Assembly: GCA_963676795.2 (NCBI GenBank)
Contig: CAXXTB010000002.1
Span: 2,144,001-2,208,000, forward strand
Source: Geopsychrobacteraceae bacterium
Lineage (GTDB): Bacteria; Desulfobacterota; Desulfuromonadia; Desulfuromonadales; Geopsychrobacteraceae
Length of the DNA: 64,000 nucleotides
Reading direction: 5' to 3'
Made by a program: the position numbers and the translations under genes. The notes beneath the pieces were generated by a model that saw only the letters and a list, made by a program, of their open reading frames with translations, ran no database searches and was not told where the DNA came from. Shown here one piece after another: positions 31,332 through 40,445 of this stretch; within the stretch, counting starts at the first letter, position 1, and every line of letters begins with the position of its first letter.

Positions 31332-33885
31332 CCTCGTTCCTTTCAATGACAGGGAGCTCTACCCGGACAACGGTTCCCTTCGGAGCATTCTTTTCGAAGA
31401 CCAGCTCCCCCTTATGCTCTTTGACGATCCTTGCCGATACGGAAAGACCAAGGCCTGTGCCCCCCTCGGCACGCTTGGTCGTGAAGAACGGATCGGTCAG
31501 GCGCAACAGATTCTCATCGGCGATACCACTGCCCTGGTCCCGGATCTCTATGACACAGCAATCCTTCTTCCGATCGTGAAAGGTCGCAACATGAATAGCT
31601 TCCGTTCTGCAGGTCAGGGCCTGGGCCGCATTGATCAGCAGGTTCATCACAACCTGCTCGATACGGTGGGCATTTCCCAGAACCAGAGGCAATTCAGGGT
31701 CGAGCTGACAGTCAAAATTATCTGTAGACCTTTTGAGCTGGTTGGTCAGCAGACGAACAGCGGCAGACACCGACTGATTGACATCAAACGGGTCCTCGTG
31801 ACCAGTGACTTCCATTCGGACAAAATCTTTAAGATCGTCAACAATCCTCTTGATATGCTGGGCGCTCTGCTGCATCTCGGCAAGCATACCCGGCAGTTCC
31901 TCGCGCATCCGGGAATAGTTGAGCCCGGCGAAATCGAAATCGCCCTCTTCATCATAACGCTGATCAAGCATAGCCAAAGAATCATCGAGAGCAGCCTTCA
32001 GAGTTGCCAGATTGAGCAGGATCAGCCCGTTCGGATTATTGATCTCATGGGCCATACCGGCGGCCAGCTCCCCTAGCGAAGCCAGCTGGCTATGACGTGC
32101 CGCCTCCTGCCGCAACCGGACCGACTCGGTAATATCGCTGGCCAGTTCGATGACGTTGACAACCTTTCCGGCGGCATCCTTGACCGGGAAGGCCTTGACC
32201 CCGAACATCGTTCCGGAGCTAGTCCTGGTGACCATATTCTGCGGTTCTCCGCTTTCAAAACAGCGCAGGGAGACACATTCGTTACAGGGCAGGTCACGTT
32301 CATGCCAGTAATTGTAACAATAACTGCCGTCCTCTTCGCTCTCCTTCATCCCCCAACGGATTTCCTGAGCGCTCTTGTTGGCCCAGATGACATGCATATC
32401 AGGAGAGATCAGAATCAACGCGTCCTGAATACTGTCAAGCACGGTCTGAAATTCGGATGAAAGCCGGCGGTATTCGCTTTCTCTGGCCAACAGATCCGCT
32501 TCAACCTCTTTCCGCGCCCTGATCTCGCCATCCAGCTCGTCGCGCCCGGCCGTCACCTTCTGCAGGTTGGCAGCCATATCATTGAAGGCACGGCTGATCT
32601 GGCTGACCTCGTCCCTGCCCCGCACCGGCAGGCGGATATCGAGATGCCCCTTGCTCATCTCTCCGAGGGCGAGAACCGTTTTATTCAGCGGCGCGAACAG
32701 CCGCTCGGCAATGACGGCATTGAACACCAGAGCCAGAAGCACGACAATGCCGCTGATCAGAAGCATCGAGACGATAACCTGATTGATCGTTCTGCCGACC
32801 CTCTTTTCTACATCCTGAAAGTCGTCAAGGTAATAGCCGGCAACAATGACCCAGTCCCAGGGCTCGAAATAAGCAATACCGGCCAGTTTCTCACGCGGAG
32901 CAGATTGAGGGGTGTCACTCCTGGCATAGCGGACGTAGTCGGTTGGGATGACCCCGTGTTCCGGTTCGGGCAATGCCAGAGCCTTGGCGATGATCTCGCG
33001 AACCGGGTAATTTCCGTCCCGATCCTGAAAATCATAAAAGTTTTCCCCGTCCTGCTCACCATGAGGAGAGATGATGTAGTGCCCTTTCTGACCTCCCTGA
33101 GCACCCAGCACGTAGACATAGCCGGTTTTACCGACCACAATATCCATGATGCTGTTGCGCAGGCTGATCAGATCATCCTGCTTGACGCCGACGTACAACA
33201 CGCCGACAATCTGCTGCTCCTCATTGTAAATCGGTTGATAGGCGGTGATATACCAGGCATTGACGACAAAAGCCCGGCCATGAAAAATGTCCCCCTGCAA
33301 AACCTTGGCGATAACCGGGTTCGGGGTTCCATCCGGGTTGGTGCGCGGGATATAGGTGCCAATCGCCCGGGTTCCGTCGCTCTGCTCAACGTTCGTCGCG
33401 ACCCGGAGCATATCGCCCTGCTCATTCATCCGCTGAAAGATCGTACAGGTTCCGCCGACCAGGGATTTGACCTTGTCAACAACAGCCGTTTCACTGGCAA
33501 AGGAATGATTCTGTCCCAACCATGTCCCATCCAGATAGACTTTGGGCAGATCGATCCGCTCGCTTTTGCCGCTATACTGGTTGACCGCATTCCAGGAAAC
33601 CTTGTCATCCGACTGAAAATGCAGGGTGCCACTCTTGGTCAGAACGTCCGCCGCAACCCTCAGGTGATCGGCCATGGTCCGTTCGGTCGCACTCTTCATC
33701 GCTTCGGTCATCAGATAAACGTTCTGGGCGATCTGGGTGGCACGTTCACGGCCTGCAGCATTGAGCTCTTCCTGCATAGCCCGTTCGAGATTGAGCTTCT
33801 GATAAAAAAGCTCCCCCATGATCGCCAGAAAGGTAAACAGGACGATCAGCAGACTGCTGAGCAGTATGAGGTGCTTGATCTTCAT
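31324..33885 (-). CDS. Sensor histidine kinase (Cache 3/Cache 2 fusion, HAMP, PAS, HisKA, HATPase)
   Basis: GGTCTIFQRMN...RAIGTYIP...GRAFVVNAWYITAY periplasmic motif; AHEINNP; PFFTTK...GGTGLGL. Start ATG 33885. Confidence 0.9.
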   Translation of the reverse strand: MKIKHLILLSSLLIVLFTFLAIMGELFYQKLNLERAMQEELNAAGRERATQIAQNVYLMTEAMKSATERTMADHLRVAADVLTKSGTLHFQSDDKVSWNAVNQYSGKSERIDLPKVYLDGTWLGQNHSFASETAVVDKVKSLVGGTCTIFQRMNEQGDMLRVATNVEQSDGTRAIGTYIPRTNPDGTPNPVIAKVLQGDIFHGRAFVVNAWYITAYQPIYNEEQQIVGVLYVGVKQDDLISLRNSIMDIVVGKTGYVYVLGAQGGQKGHYIISPHGEQDGENFYDFQDRDGNYPVREIIAKALALPEPEHGVIPTDYVRYARSDTPQSAPREKLAGIAYFEPWDWVIVAGYYLDDFQDVEKRVGRTINQVIVSMLLISGIVVLLALVFNAVIAERLFAPLNKTVLALGEMSKGHLDIRLPVRGRDEVSQISRAFNDMAANLQKVTAGRDELDGEIRARKEVEADLLARESEYRRLSSEFQTVLDSIQDALILISPDMHVIWANKSAQEIRWGMKESEEDGSYCYNYWHERDLPCNECVSLRCFESGEPQNMVTRTSSGTMFGVKAFPVKDAAGKVVNVIELASDITESVRLRQEAARHSQLASLGELAAGMAHEINNPNGLILLNLATLKAALDDSLAMLDQRYDEEGDFDFAGLNYSRMREELPGMLAEMQQSAQHIKRIVDDLKDFVRMEVTGHEDPFDVNQSVSAAVRLLTNQLKRSTDNFDCQLDPELPLVLGNAHRIEQVVMNLLINAAQALTCRTEAIHVATFHDRKKDCCVIEIRDQGSGIADENLLRLTDPFFTTKRAEGGTGLGLSVSARIVKEHKGELVFEKNAPKGTVVRVELPVIERNEDG

Positions 33886-33976
33886 GGGGAATCTTCCTTC
33901 TATGAAATTAATATACAATAATAATCGACCTGTGACAGGATCGCAATCATTGAAAAACAAAGGAAGGAAAAGATCA

Positions 33977-34009
33977 GTCCCGGAATCTTTATGCAAAGAA
34001 TTCCGGGAC
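33977..34009 (-). terminator. Probable dnaB terminator
   Basis: GTCCCGGAAT...ATTCCGGGAC stem followed by TGATCTTTTCCTT on the minus strand. Confidence 0.6.
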
Positions 34010-34024
34010 CGGAGTAGCTAGAAA

Positions 34025-35398
34025 TTAATAGGATTCTTCGCGGTGATGAGCCTGGTTTTCGAAGCGGGTAAACTGCCCCTGATAGGTCAGGTGGACGGTA
34101 CCGATCGGCCCGTTCCGCTGCTTGCCGATGATGATTTCGGCGTCTTTTTCGTGGCCTTTGTCGCAGGTCCGCTCCCGGCTCTTGCAGTCATCGCAGTAGA
34201 CCGCGTCACGGTAGACGAACATGATGACGTCGGCATCCTGCTCGATCGCGCCCGACTCACGCAGGTCAGACATCATCGGCCGCTTGTCGGTCCGGCTTTC
34301 CAGAGAACGGTTCAGCTGCGACAGGGCGACAACCGGCACGTTCAGTTCCTTGGCCAACGCCTTGAGCGAACGGGAGATCTCCGAGATCTCCTGCTGGCGG
34401 TTTTCCGTACTACTGCCGCGCATCAGCTGCAGGTAGTCGACGATGATCAGCCCCAGGCCATGTTCGGCCTTGAGCCGCCGGCACTTGGAACGCAGTTCGA
34501 GGACGGTAATCGCCGGGGTATCATCGACAAACAGCTGCGATTCATTCAGTTCACCGGCAGCCATGGTCAGTTTCGGCCAGTCCGACTCGGCCAGGTGACC
34601 GGTCCGCATCCGTCCTGCGTCGACCCTGGCCAGGGCACAGAGCATCCGGGTGACCATCTGTTCCTTGCTCATCTCCAGGGAAAAGATGACCGCAGGAACC
34701 GGAGCCTGCTTGTTGGTCGCCGCGTGTTCGATCAGGTTCAGCGCAAAGGCAGTCTTCCCCATCGACGGACGTCCGGCGATGATGATCAGGTCACTCGGCT
34801 GCATGCCGGCGGTCATCTTGTCCAGATCGGCAAATCCGGTCGGAACCCCGGTGACCAGCTCTTTCCGCTCATAGAGTTTTTCGATGTTCTTGAAGGTGTC
34901 CTTGAGGATGTCGCGGACCGGAAAGAAGGATGGACTGCCACGGTTCTCGGCGATTTCAAAGATCGCCTTTTCGGCCTGGTCGAGAATTTCGTCCATATCG
35001 CCACCTTCGTAACCGCTGGTCGCAATATCGGTCGAGACCTCGATCAGCTTTCTGGCCACTGACTTTTCCTTGACCAGTTTGCAGTAATAGCTGATGTTCG
35101 CCGCCGTTGGCACGTAGCCGGCCAGGGTGGCAATGTAGGAACTGCCGCCGACATCGTCGAGCGTTCCCTGTTTCTTCAGCACCGCCGATACCGTGACCAG
35201 GTCGGCAGGTTCGCTCTTTTCATTCAGGGAAATGATCGCCTGAAAAATCTTGCGGTGACTTTCGCGATAAAAATCATCCGGTGTGAGCAGCTCAAGGGCC
35301 TTGTTCATGGCTTCATTTTCGAGCAGAATCCCGCCCAGAACGGACATTTCCGCCTCCAGGTTCTGCGGTGGCATACGATGAGATTGAACTTCAGACAT
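34025..35398 (-). CDS. dnaB: Replicative DNA helicase
   Basis: PPQNLEAE, GRPSMGKT, FSLEM, VDYLQLM, LRESGAIEQDAD, KQRNGP. No intein. Confidence 0.97.
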   Translation of the reverse strand: MSEVQSHRMPPQNLEAEMSVLGGILLENEAMNKALELLTPDDFYRESHRKIFQAIISLNEKSEPADLVTVSAVLKKQGTLDDVGGSSYIATLAGYVPTAANISYYCKLVKEKSVARKLIEVSTDIATSGYEGGDMDEILDQAEKAIFEIAENRGSPSFFPVRDILKDTFKNIEKLYERKELVTGVPTGFADLDKMTAGMQPSDLIIIAGRPSMGKTAFALNLIEHAATNKQAPVPAVIFSLEMSKEQMVTRMLCALARVDAGRMRTGHLAESDWPKLTMAAGELNESQLFVDDTPAITVLELRSKCRRLKAEHGLGLIIVDYLQLMRGSSTENRQQEISEISRSLKALAKELNVPVVALSQLNRSLESRTDKRPMMSDLRESGAIEQDADVIMFVYRDAVYCDDCKSRERTCDKGHEKDAEIIIGKQRNGPIGTVHLTYQGQFTRFENQAHHREESY

Positions 35399-35640
35399 GG
35401 ATACTTCCTCTGAAAAAATTGATTCGCAGGATAGCAAACTTGTCCCACGCTGAAAACAGGAAAGAGCTTGCACCTGCTATTCACGCACTGGCGCGGCGCT
35501 CCATTGAAAACAATGAACAGGACAATGAAAGCAGGAGTTTCTCTGCTGGCAAGAGGGGAGAAACTAGGCTAAAATGGCGGACAACTTCTCGCCGGCGAAA
35601 GCCCCGGCTCGAAAATAAATAGCTGAAGAAAAGTCCTTTC

Positions 35641-36573
35641 ATGACCTGTTCACCAGAACCTGAAATGAGGCCCGACTTGAAAACCCCTTCACCTTTCAGC
35701 AAGCGCAGAACGGATCTGCTCTCACCCGAGTTTGAAATCATTCACTACGTCGACGAAAACTTCAAGGATGTCGCTTACCATTATCACGACTTCTTCGAAA
35801 TCTACTTTTTCATCAGCGGAGACATCAACTACCACGTCAACGGCGTCATCTACACGCCGAAACCGGGTGACATCATCCTGCTCAACAACCGCACATTTCA
35901 CCGCATGAGCCGGACATCCGGGGAAGCCAACAGCCGCTACGAGCGGATGGTCATCCTCATCGATCCCGATTTCATCCTCGACAATCCGATCTGCGGCAAG
36001 GCGCTGGCCAACTGTTTCGCCATGGATGGTGATGACAGATCCCGCCTTCTGCGCCTTGAGCCGGGGCAAAGAAAACAGATCGACGAGATCACGGCCAAAC
36101 TCGTGGAAGCCTACGCCTGCAAACGTTACGGCGACGACCTGCTGCGCATCATCTACCTTCTGGAACTGCTGGTGCACATCAACAAGGCCAAGCTTGAACA
36201 GGAAGACAAAACTCTCATCTGCGACATCTCCAACGACGCGGAAATCAACTTTATCCTCGAATACCTGAACAGCAACATCGACGGCGATCTGTCGCTTGAC
36301 GCCATAGCCGAGGAGCTGTCGCTCGACAAATACTACCTGATCCGCAAATTCAACGAACGCATGGGGCTCTCCCCCCACCAGTACATCAAGCAAATCCGCC
36401 TGGTCAAAGCCCGCGACCTGCTCAAAAAGGAGATTTCCGTCACCGATGTCTGTTTTCAGTGCGGCTTCAACGACTATTCCAACTTCATCAGATCGTTCAA
36501 ACAGAATTTCGGCGTTTCACCCAAGCAGTTTACCAAGCGTTATCTGGCGAAGAAGCACAGTGCCGTGTCTTAG
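35641..36573 (+). CDS. AraC-family regulator with cupin sensor domain
   Basis: HYHDFFEIYFFISG cupin; C-terminal double HTH ...CGFNDYSNFIRSFKQNFGVSPKQF. Confidence 0.92.
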   Translation: MTCSPEPEMRPDLKTPSPFSKRRTDLLSPEFEIIHYVDENFKDVAYHYHDFFEIYFFISGDINYHVNGVIYTPKPGDIILLNNRTFHRMSRTSGEANSRYERMVILIDPDFILDNPICGKALANCFAMDGDDRSRLLRLEPGQRKQIDEITAKLVEAYACKRYGDDLLRIIYLLELLVHINKAKLEQEDKTLICDISNDAEINFILEYLNSNIDGDLSLDAIAEELSLDKYYLIRKFNERMGLSPHQYIKQIRLVKARDLLKKEISVTDVCFQCGFNDYSNFIRSFKQNFGVSPKQFTKRYLAKKHSAVS

Positions 36574-36661
36574 CTCATCCCGCGACGGGACTTACCCTGC
36601 GTTGGCGGCAAAAACCATTGATAGGCTCCCACGAGCGGCTTCATTTTTTACATTTGAATTT

Positions 36662-36680
36662 TTGTTAAGTTAGTTTACTA
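36662..36680. promoter_or_regulatory. Operator candidate 1 (upstream of the MarR gene)
   Basis: TTGTTAA-GTTAG-TTTACTA, 2 mismatches to TAGTTAA-N5-TTAACTA. Confidence 0.6.
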
Positions 36681-36687
36681 TTTAGTC

Positions 36688-37158
36688 ATGAATAATAAAA
36701 CGACAAAAAACGAATTATATGTGGAAGTGCATCGCCATATCTGGAATCTGGTGAACAAACACAAGACTCTCGACAGGCTCAATCGCAACTTCGGCGTTGA
36801 AAAACTTCTGAACGGGAGTGAAATACACACCCTGACGACTATCGGCGACAACAACATGCTGACCGTCACCCAGATTGCCGACCTGCTTGGAGTGAGCAAG
36901 GCTGCAGCGTCGCAAGCCATTGGAAATCTTCAGAAGAATGGCTACTTAAAAAAACTTAAAGACACCGAGAACAAGCGTGAAGTCTATTTGACCCTGACGG
37001 AAAAAGGGGAACAGGCCTACCAGGGGCATGAGCAGGTATGGGGCAGCCTGTGCCTCAAGTTTCTCTCCGACCTGAAGGAAGAGGAGATTGAAAACTTCAT
37101 CAAGGTGGCTGAGAAGGTCGAAGCCATAGTCGGCTTCGAGATCTCCAAGTACCGCTAA
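36688..37158 (+). CDS. MarR-family regulator
   Basis: EIHTL...TVTQIADLLGVSKAAASQAIGNLQKNGYL...NKREVYLTLTEKG. Confidence 0.92.
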   Translation: MNNKTTKNELYVEVHRHIWNLVNKHKTLDRLNRNFGVEKLLNGSEIHTLTTIGDNNMLTVTQIADLLGVSKAAASQAIGNLQKNGYLKKLKDTENKREVYLTLTEKGEQAYQGHEQVWGSLCLKFLSDLKEEEIENFIKVAEKVEAIVGFEISKYR

Positions 37159-37177
37159 TTTTTTTTGTCGACCACAA

Positions 37178-37196
37178 TAGTTAATTAACTTAACTA
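37178..37196. promoter_or_regulatory. Operator candidate 2 (upstream of the TRAP/Mo-enzyme operon)
   Basis: Perfect inverted repeat TAGTTAA-TTAAC-TTAACTA. Confidence 0.7.
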
Positions 37197-37256
37197 ACCA
37201 TAAAAGCAACAGACACCAGTGACACACAGTCTTCGCAGAAAGTGAGGTCGTACCCG

Positions 37257-37826
37257 GTGGAAAAGCTCAGTCAGACAATCAAAGAGGATTCACGATCATG
37301 TGCCAGCATCTCAGCCTCCACAAAACTATGCTCAGGTGTTGACGGCATAAAGAAGAAAATCACCAGCCTGAGCAAATTTCTCGACCTGCTCGGCGGTTTC
37401 TTCTATTTCTCCCTGATGCTGGTCGTTGTCGTCAACGTCGTCATGCGCACCCTGTTCAGCAAGCCCTTTATCGGCACCGTTGAGATCGTCGAAATCTTCA
37501 CGGCTGTCGCTGTCGGCCTGACCATCTCCTACTGTGCGGTCTTGGAAGAACATATCACCATCGACTTCATTCTCGCCAAGTTCCCAAAAAAGTTTCAGCA
37601 GGTCATCACCTTCATCGTCTACATCCTGTCGCTCGGTTTTCTGATAACCGCCGCCTGGATGATGTTCAAGTACGGGGAGTCGGCGCGGATCAACGGTAAC
37701 GTCTCACCGACAATGGGGATCGGCTACTACCCCTTCATCTACATCATCGCCTTCGGTTTTCTGGTCTATGTACTGGTCGTCCTGTTCAAGGCTGTCAGCC
37801 TGTTCCTGGGGAGGAAGCGCTCATGA
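37257..37826 (+). CDS. TRAP transporter small permease (DctQ)
   Basis: Four TM helices, NVVMRTLFSKPFIGTVEIVE, HITID. Start uncertain (GTG 37257 after GAGGT; track 37242). Confidence 0.85.
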   Translation: MEKLSQTIKEDSRSCASISASTKLCSGVDGIKKKITSLSKFLDLLGGFFYFSLMLVVVVNVVMRTLFSKPFIGTVEIVEIFTAVAVGLTISYCAVLEEHITIDFILAKFPKKFQQVITFIVYILSLGFLITAAWMMFKYGESARINGNVSPTMGIGYYPFIYIIAFGFLVYVLVVLFKAVSLFLGRKRS

Positions 37827-39139
37827 CACCACTGACAATCGGAATTATCGCCATCGTTGTCTTTTTGATCCTGATGCTCTGCCGCATGCCGATTGCCATC
37901 TCGCTCGGACTGGTCGGTGTCGTCGGCTTCGCCATGATCGTCAATAAAAAGGCCGCGCTGCGCCTGATCGCTACCGACATCTACAGTGTGTTCAATTCCT
38001 ATACCCTAAGCGTGGTCAGCATGTTCGTGCTGATGGGCTTCATCGCCTACCACGCCGGGCTTGGCCAGAAACTCTACGGCGTGGCCCATCGCCTGCTCGG
38101 CAAGGTTCCCGGTGGCATCGCCATTTCCAGTATCTTCGCCTGCACGATCTTCGGTGCGGTGTGCGGCTCCTGCCCGGCGACCACCGCGACCATCGGTTCC
38201 ATTTCGATCCCGGAGATGAGAAAATACCGTTATCACAACACCCTGGCGACCGGCAGTATTGCCGCAGCCGGAGCCATCGGCATGATCATTCCGCCGAGCG
38301 TCATCTTCATCATCTACGGCACGGCTACCGAGCAGTCGGTCTCCAAGCTGTTTCTGGCCGGGATCATTCCGGGTATCATGCTGGCCGTTTTTTACATGAT
38401 CACTGTCTGGCTGCTGGTCAAACGCCAACCCGATCTGGTTCCGCGCCTGGCTGCCGACGCAATCGATCATAAGGTCGAAAAGGGAAGTTCCGGCGGACTG
38501 ATTGAGGTCGCGATCATCTTTGTCGTCTCCCTGGGCGGACTGTTTGCCGGCTGGTTTACCCCGACCGAGGCGGGTGCCATCGGTGCGATGGGAGCCCTGG
38601 TGGTCACCCTGCTCCGCCGCCAGCTGACCTTGAGAGGGCTCGGTAAAGCCCTGCGCGACACCACCCGGACCACGGCGATGATTATGTTCCTGATCGCCGG
38701 AGCGACCATCTTCAGCCACCTGATCGCGGTCAGCCGCATCCCCTTTGAGCTGGCCACGGCGGTCGGCAACCTGCCGCTGCCAAACTTCGTTATTCTGCTG
38801 ATCATCATGCTTATCTACCTGATCCTCGGCACTTTTCTTGACACCATCCCGTGCATCCTGCTGACCATTCCGATCTTCTACCCGGTGGTCGTCGACCGCC
38901 TGGGCAATGATCCGATCTGGTTCGGTGTCATGATCCTGATGGTCTCGGCGGTCGGTGTCATCACCCCGCCGGTCGGCATCAATGTCTACGTTGTCAAGGG
39001 GGTCGCCAAGGACGTACCGATTGAAACCATCTTCAACGGCGTCATGCCCTTCATGATCACCGGGCTGATCGCCTGCATCCTGATTATTCTGTTTCCGTCG
39101 ATCGCAACCTTCCTGCCATACCTGCTGCTCGGTCGATAG
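37823..39139 (+). CDS. TRAP transporter large permease (DctM)
   Basis: GMIIPPS, FTPTEAGA, DPIWFG, ITPPVG. Confidence 0.93.
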   Translation: MTPLTIGIIAIVVFLILMLCRMPIAISLGLVGVVGFAMIVNKKAALRLIATDIYSVFNSYTLSVVSMFVLMGFIAYHAGLGQKLYGVAHRLLGKVPGGIAISSIFACTIFGAVCGSCPATTATIGSISIPEMRKYRYHNTLATGSIAAAGAIGMIIPPSVIFIIYGTATEQSVSKLFLAGIIPGIMLAVFYMITVWLLVKRQPDLVPRLAADAIDHKVEKGSSGGLIEVAIIFVVSLGGLFAGWFTPTEAGAIGAMGALVVTLLRRQLTLRGLGKALRDTTRTTAMIMFLIAGATIFSHLIAVSRIPFELATAVGNLPLPNFVILLIIMLIYLILGTFLDTIPCILLTIPIFYPVVVDRLGNDPIWFGVMILMVSAVGVITPPVGINVYVVKGVAKDVPIETIFNGVMPFMITGLIACILIILFPSIATFLPYLLLGR

Positions 39140-39262
39140 AGACTTGTAAAAACTTGAATGGTTCATGTTCTGGACAGGTGAGAGGGATAGTCGCATCAGC
39201 ACACGGGCGATCAGTGATGATCAGCCAAAAGTGCGTAACCACTTTCAAATGGGAGGAAAGGT

Positions 39263-40339
39263 ATGACGTCAATCAAAAACAGGCTTTTCAAAAGCCTCAG
39301 TACCCTGTGTCTGCTGGCCGTGGCAATCGGACTGCTGAGTTTTCCGGTTGAAGCGGAAGCCCAGAAAAAAACGATTCAACTCTCACTGTCGGTCATGTGG
39401 TCGTCCAACATGGACATCGTGGCTGACATTATCCCCAAGTGGAATAAGTTCCTCAGTGAGGCAACCGACGGCCAGGTCGAAATCGTCGTCTATCCGGGCG
39501 GCACCCTGACCAAGGCAACCGAGGCCTACGAAGGCGTCGTCCAGGGGGTCTCCGATATGGCGATCGTCGCCTACCCCCTGACCCGCGGCCGGTTCCCGGT
39601 CATCGAGACCTTCGTCCTGCCGGGGATCCAGTACAACAACGCCATGGCCGCCAGCATGATGTTCAACGAAGGGATGAAGGTTCTCAAACCGGCCGAGCAT
39701 AGCGATACCCATTTTCTCTGGGGCTTCGCCGCCGGTCCGGGAGAGATCCAGAGCCAGGTCCCGGTCCGCACCCGCGCCGACCTGAAAGGGCTTGAGATCG
39801 CGGTCAACTCGGGCAACCGCGTCACAGCCATGAAACTGCTCGGCGCAGCACCGATCATGATGCCGACCCCCGACTGGTACGAAGCGCTGCAGCGCGGCGT
39901 CATGAAATCGGCACTGATCGCCGGCGAAGTGCTCGAAGGCTACCGTCAGTTCGAGGTCAACGGCGATTACGTCACCGTCACCCCCTTTCTGTTCAACCAG
40001 GTCTTCGGCATGATCATCAACAACGACTCCTGGAACTCCCTCCCGGCCGATTTACAAAAAGCCCTCTCCGTCCTGCCCGAGGAGCTGCCTGGCCTGTGGG
40101 ACAAACTGAACAGGGATGGCTACAAGATGAACGCCGAGCACAAAAAGGTTGAAATCATCCACTTAAGCCCTGAAGAAAACGATGCATGGCTGGCCGCCAT
40201 TGAGCCGGTTGCCGACGAACATGCCAAGGAACTCGATAAGAAAGGGCTGCCGGGCAAGCAGATCATCAAGCAGGTCAAGGATCTGGCCGCCAAATACAAC
40301 GCCATGTATCCAGAGGTTGCACCTTATCTCAACTATTAA
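39263..40339 (+). CDS. TRAP solute-binding protein (DctP)
   Basis: Signal peptide, TDGQVEIVVYPGGTL, EGVVQGVSD, DLKGL, YEALQRG. Confidence 0.88.
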   Translation: MTSIKNRLFKSLSTLCLLAVAIGLLSFPVEAEAQKKTIQLSLSVMWSSNMDIVADIIPKWNKFLSEATDGQVEIVVYPGGTLTKATEAYEGVVQGVSDMAIVAYPLTRGRFPVIETFVLPGIQYNNAMAASMMFNEGMKVLKPAEHSDTHFLWGFAAGPGEIQSQVPVRTRADLKGLEIAVNSGNRVTAMKLLGAAPIMMPTPDWYEALQRGVMKSALIAGEVLEGYRQFEVNGDYVTVTPFLFNQVFGMIINNDSWNSLPADLQKALSVLPEELPGLWDKLNRDGYKMNAEHKKVEIIHLSPEENDAWLAAIEPVADEHAKELDKKGLPGKQIIKQVKDLAAKYNAMYPEVAPYLNY

Positions 40340-40353
40340 CAGCATCGACAAGC

Positions 40354-40382
40354 TGTCCGGGTCACTCAGGGTGACCCGGACA
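40354..40382 (+). other. Intercistronic hairpin after dctP
   Basis: 12-bp perfect stem TGTCCGGGTCAC-tcagg-GTGACCCGGACA, no U-tract. Confidence 0.6.
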
Positions 40383-40445
40383 ACCTTAAGATCGAAGAAT
40401 CAAGCTGGCGCAAAAGAGCAAAAGTTTCACTAATTCTTTTTACGA

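Noticed and set aside
37298..37342. Out-of-frame ATGs near the dctQ start, suggesting a frameshift or uORF (MCQHLSLHKTMLRC)
   Set aside because: An in-frame GTG at 37257 with GAGGT upstream explains the gene without a frameshift; not fully excluded.
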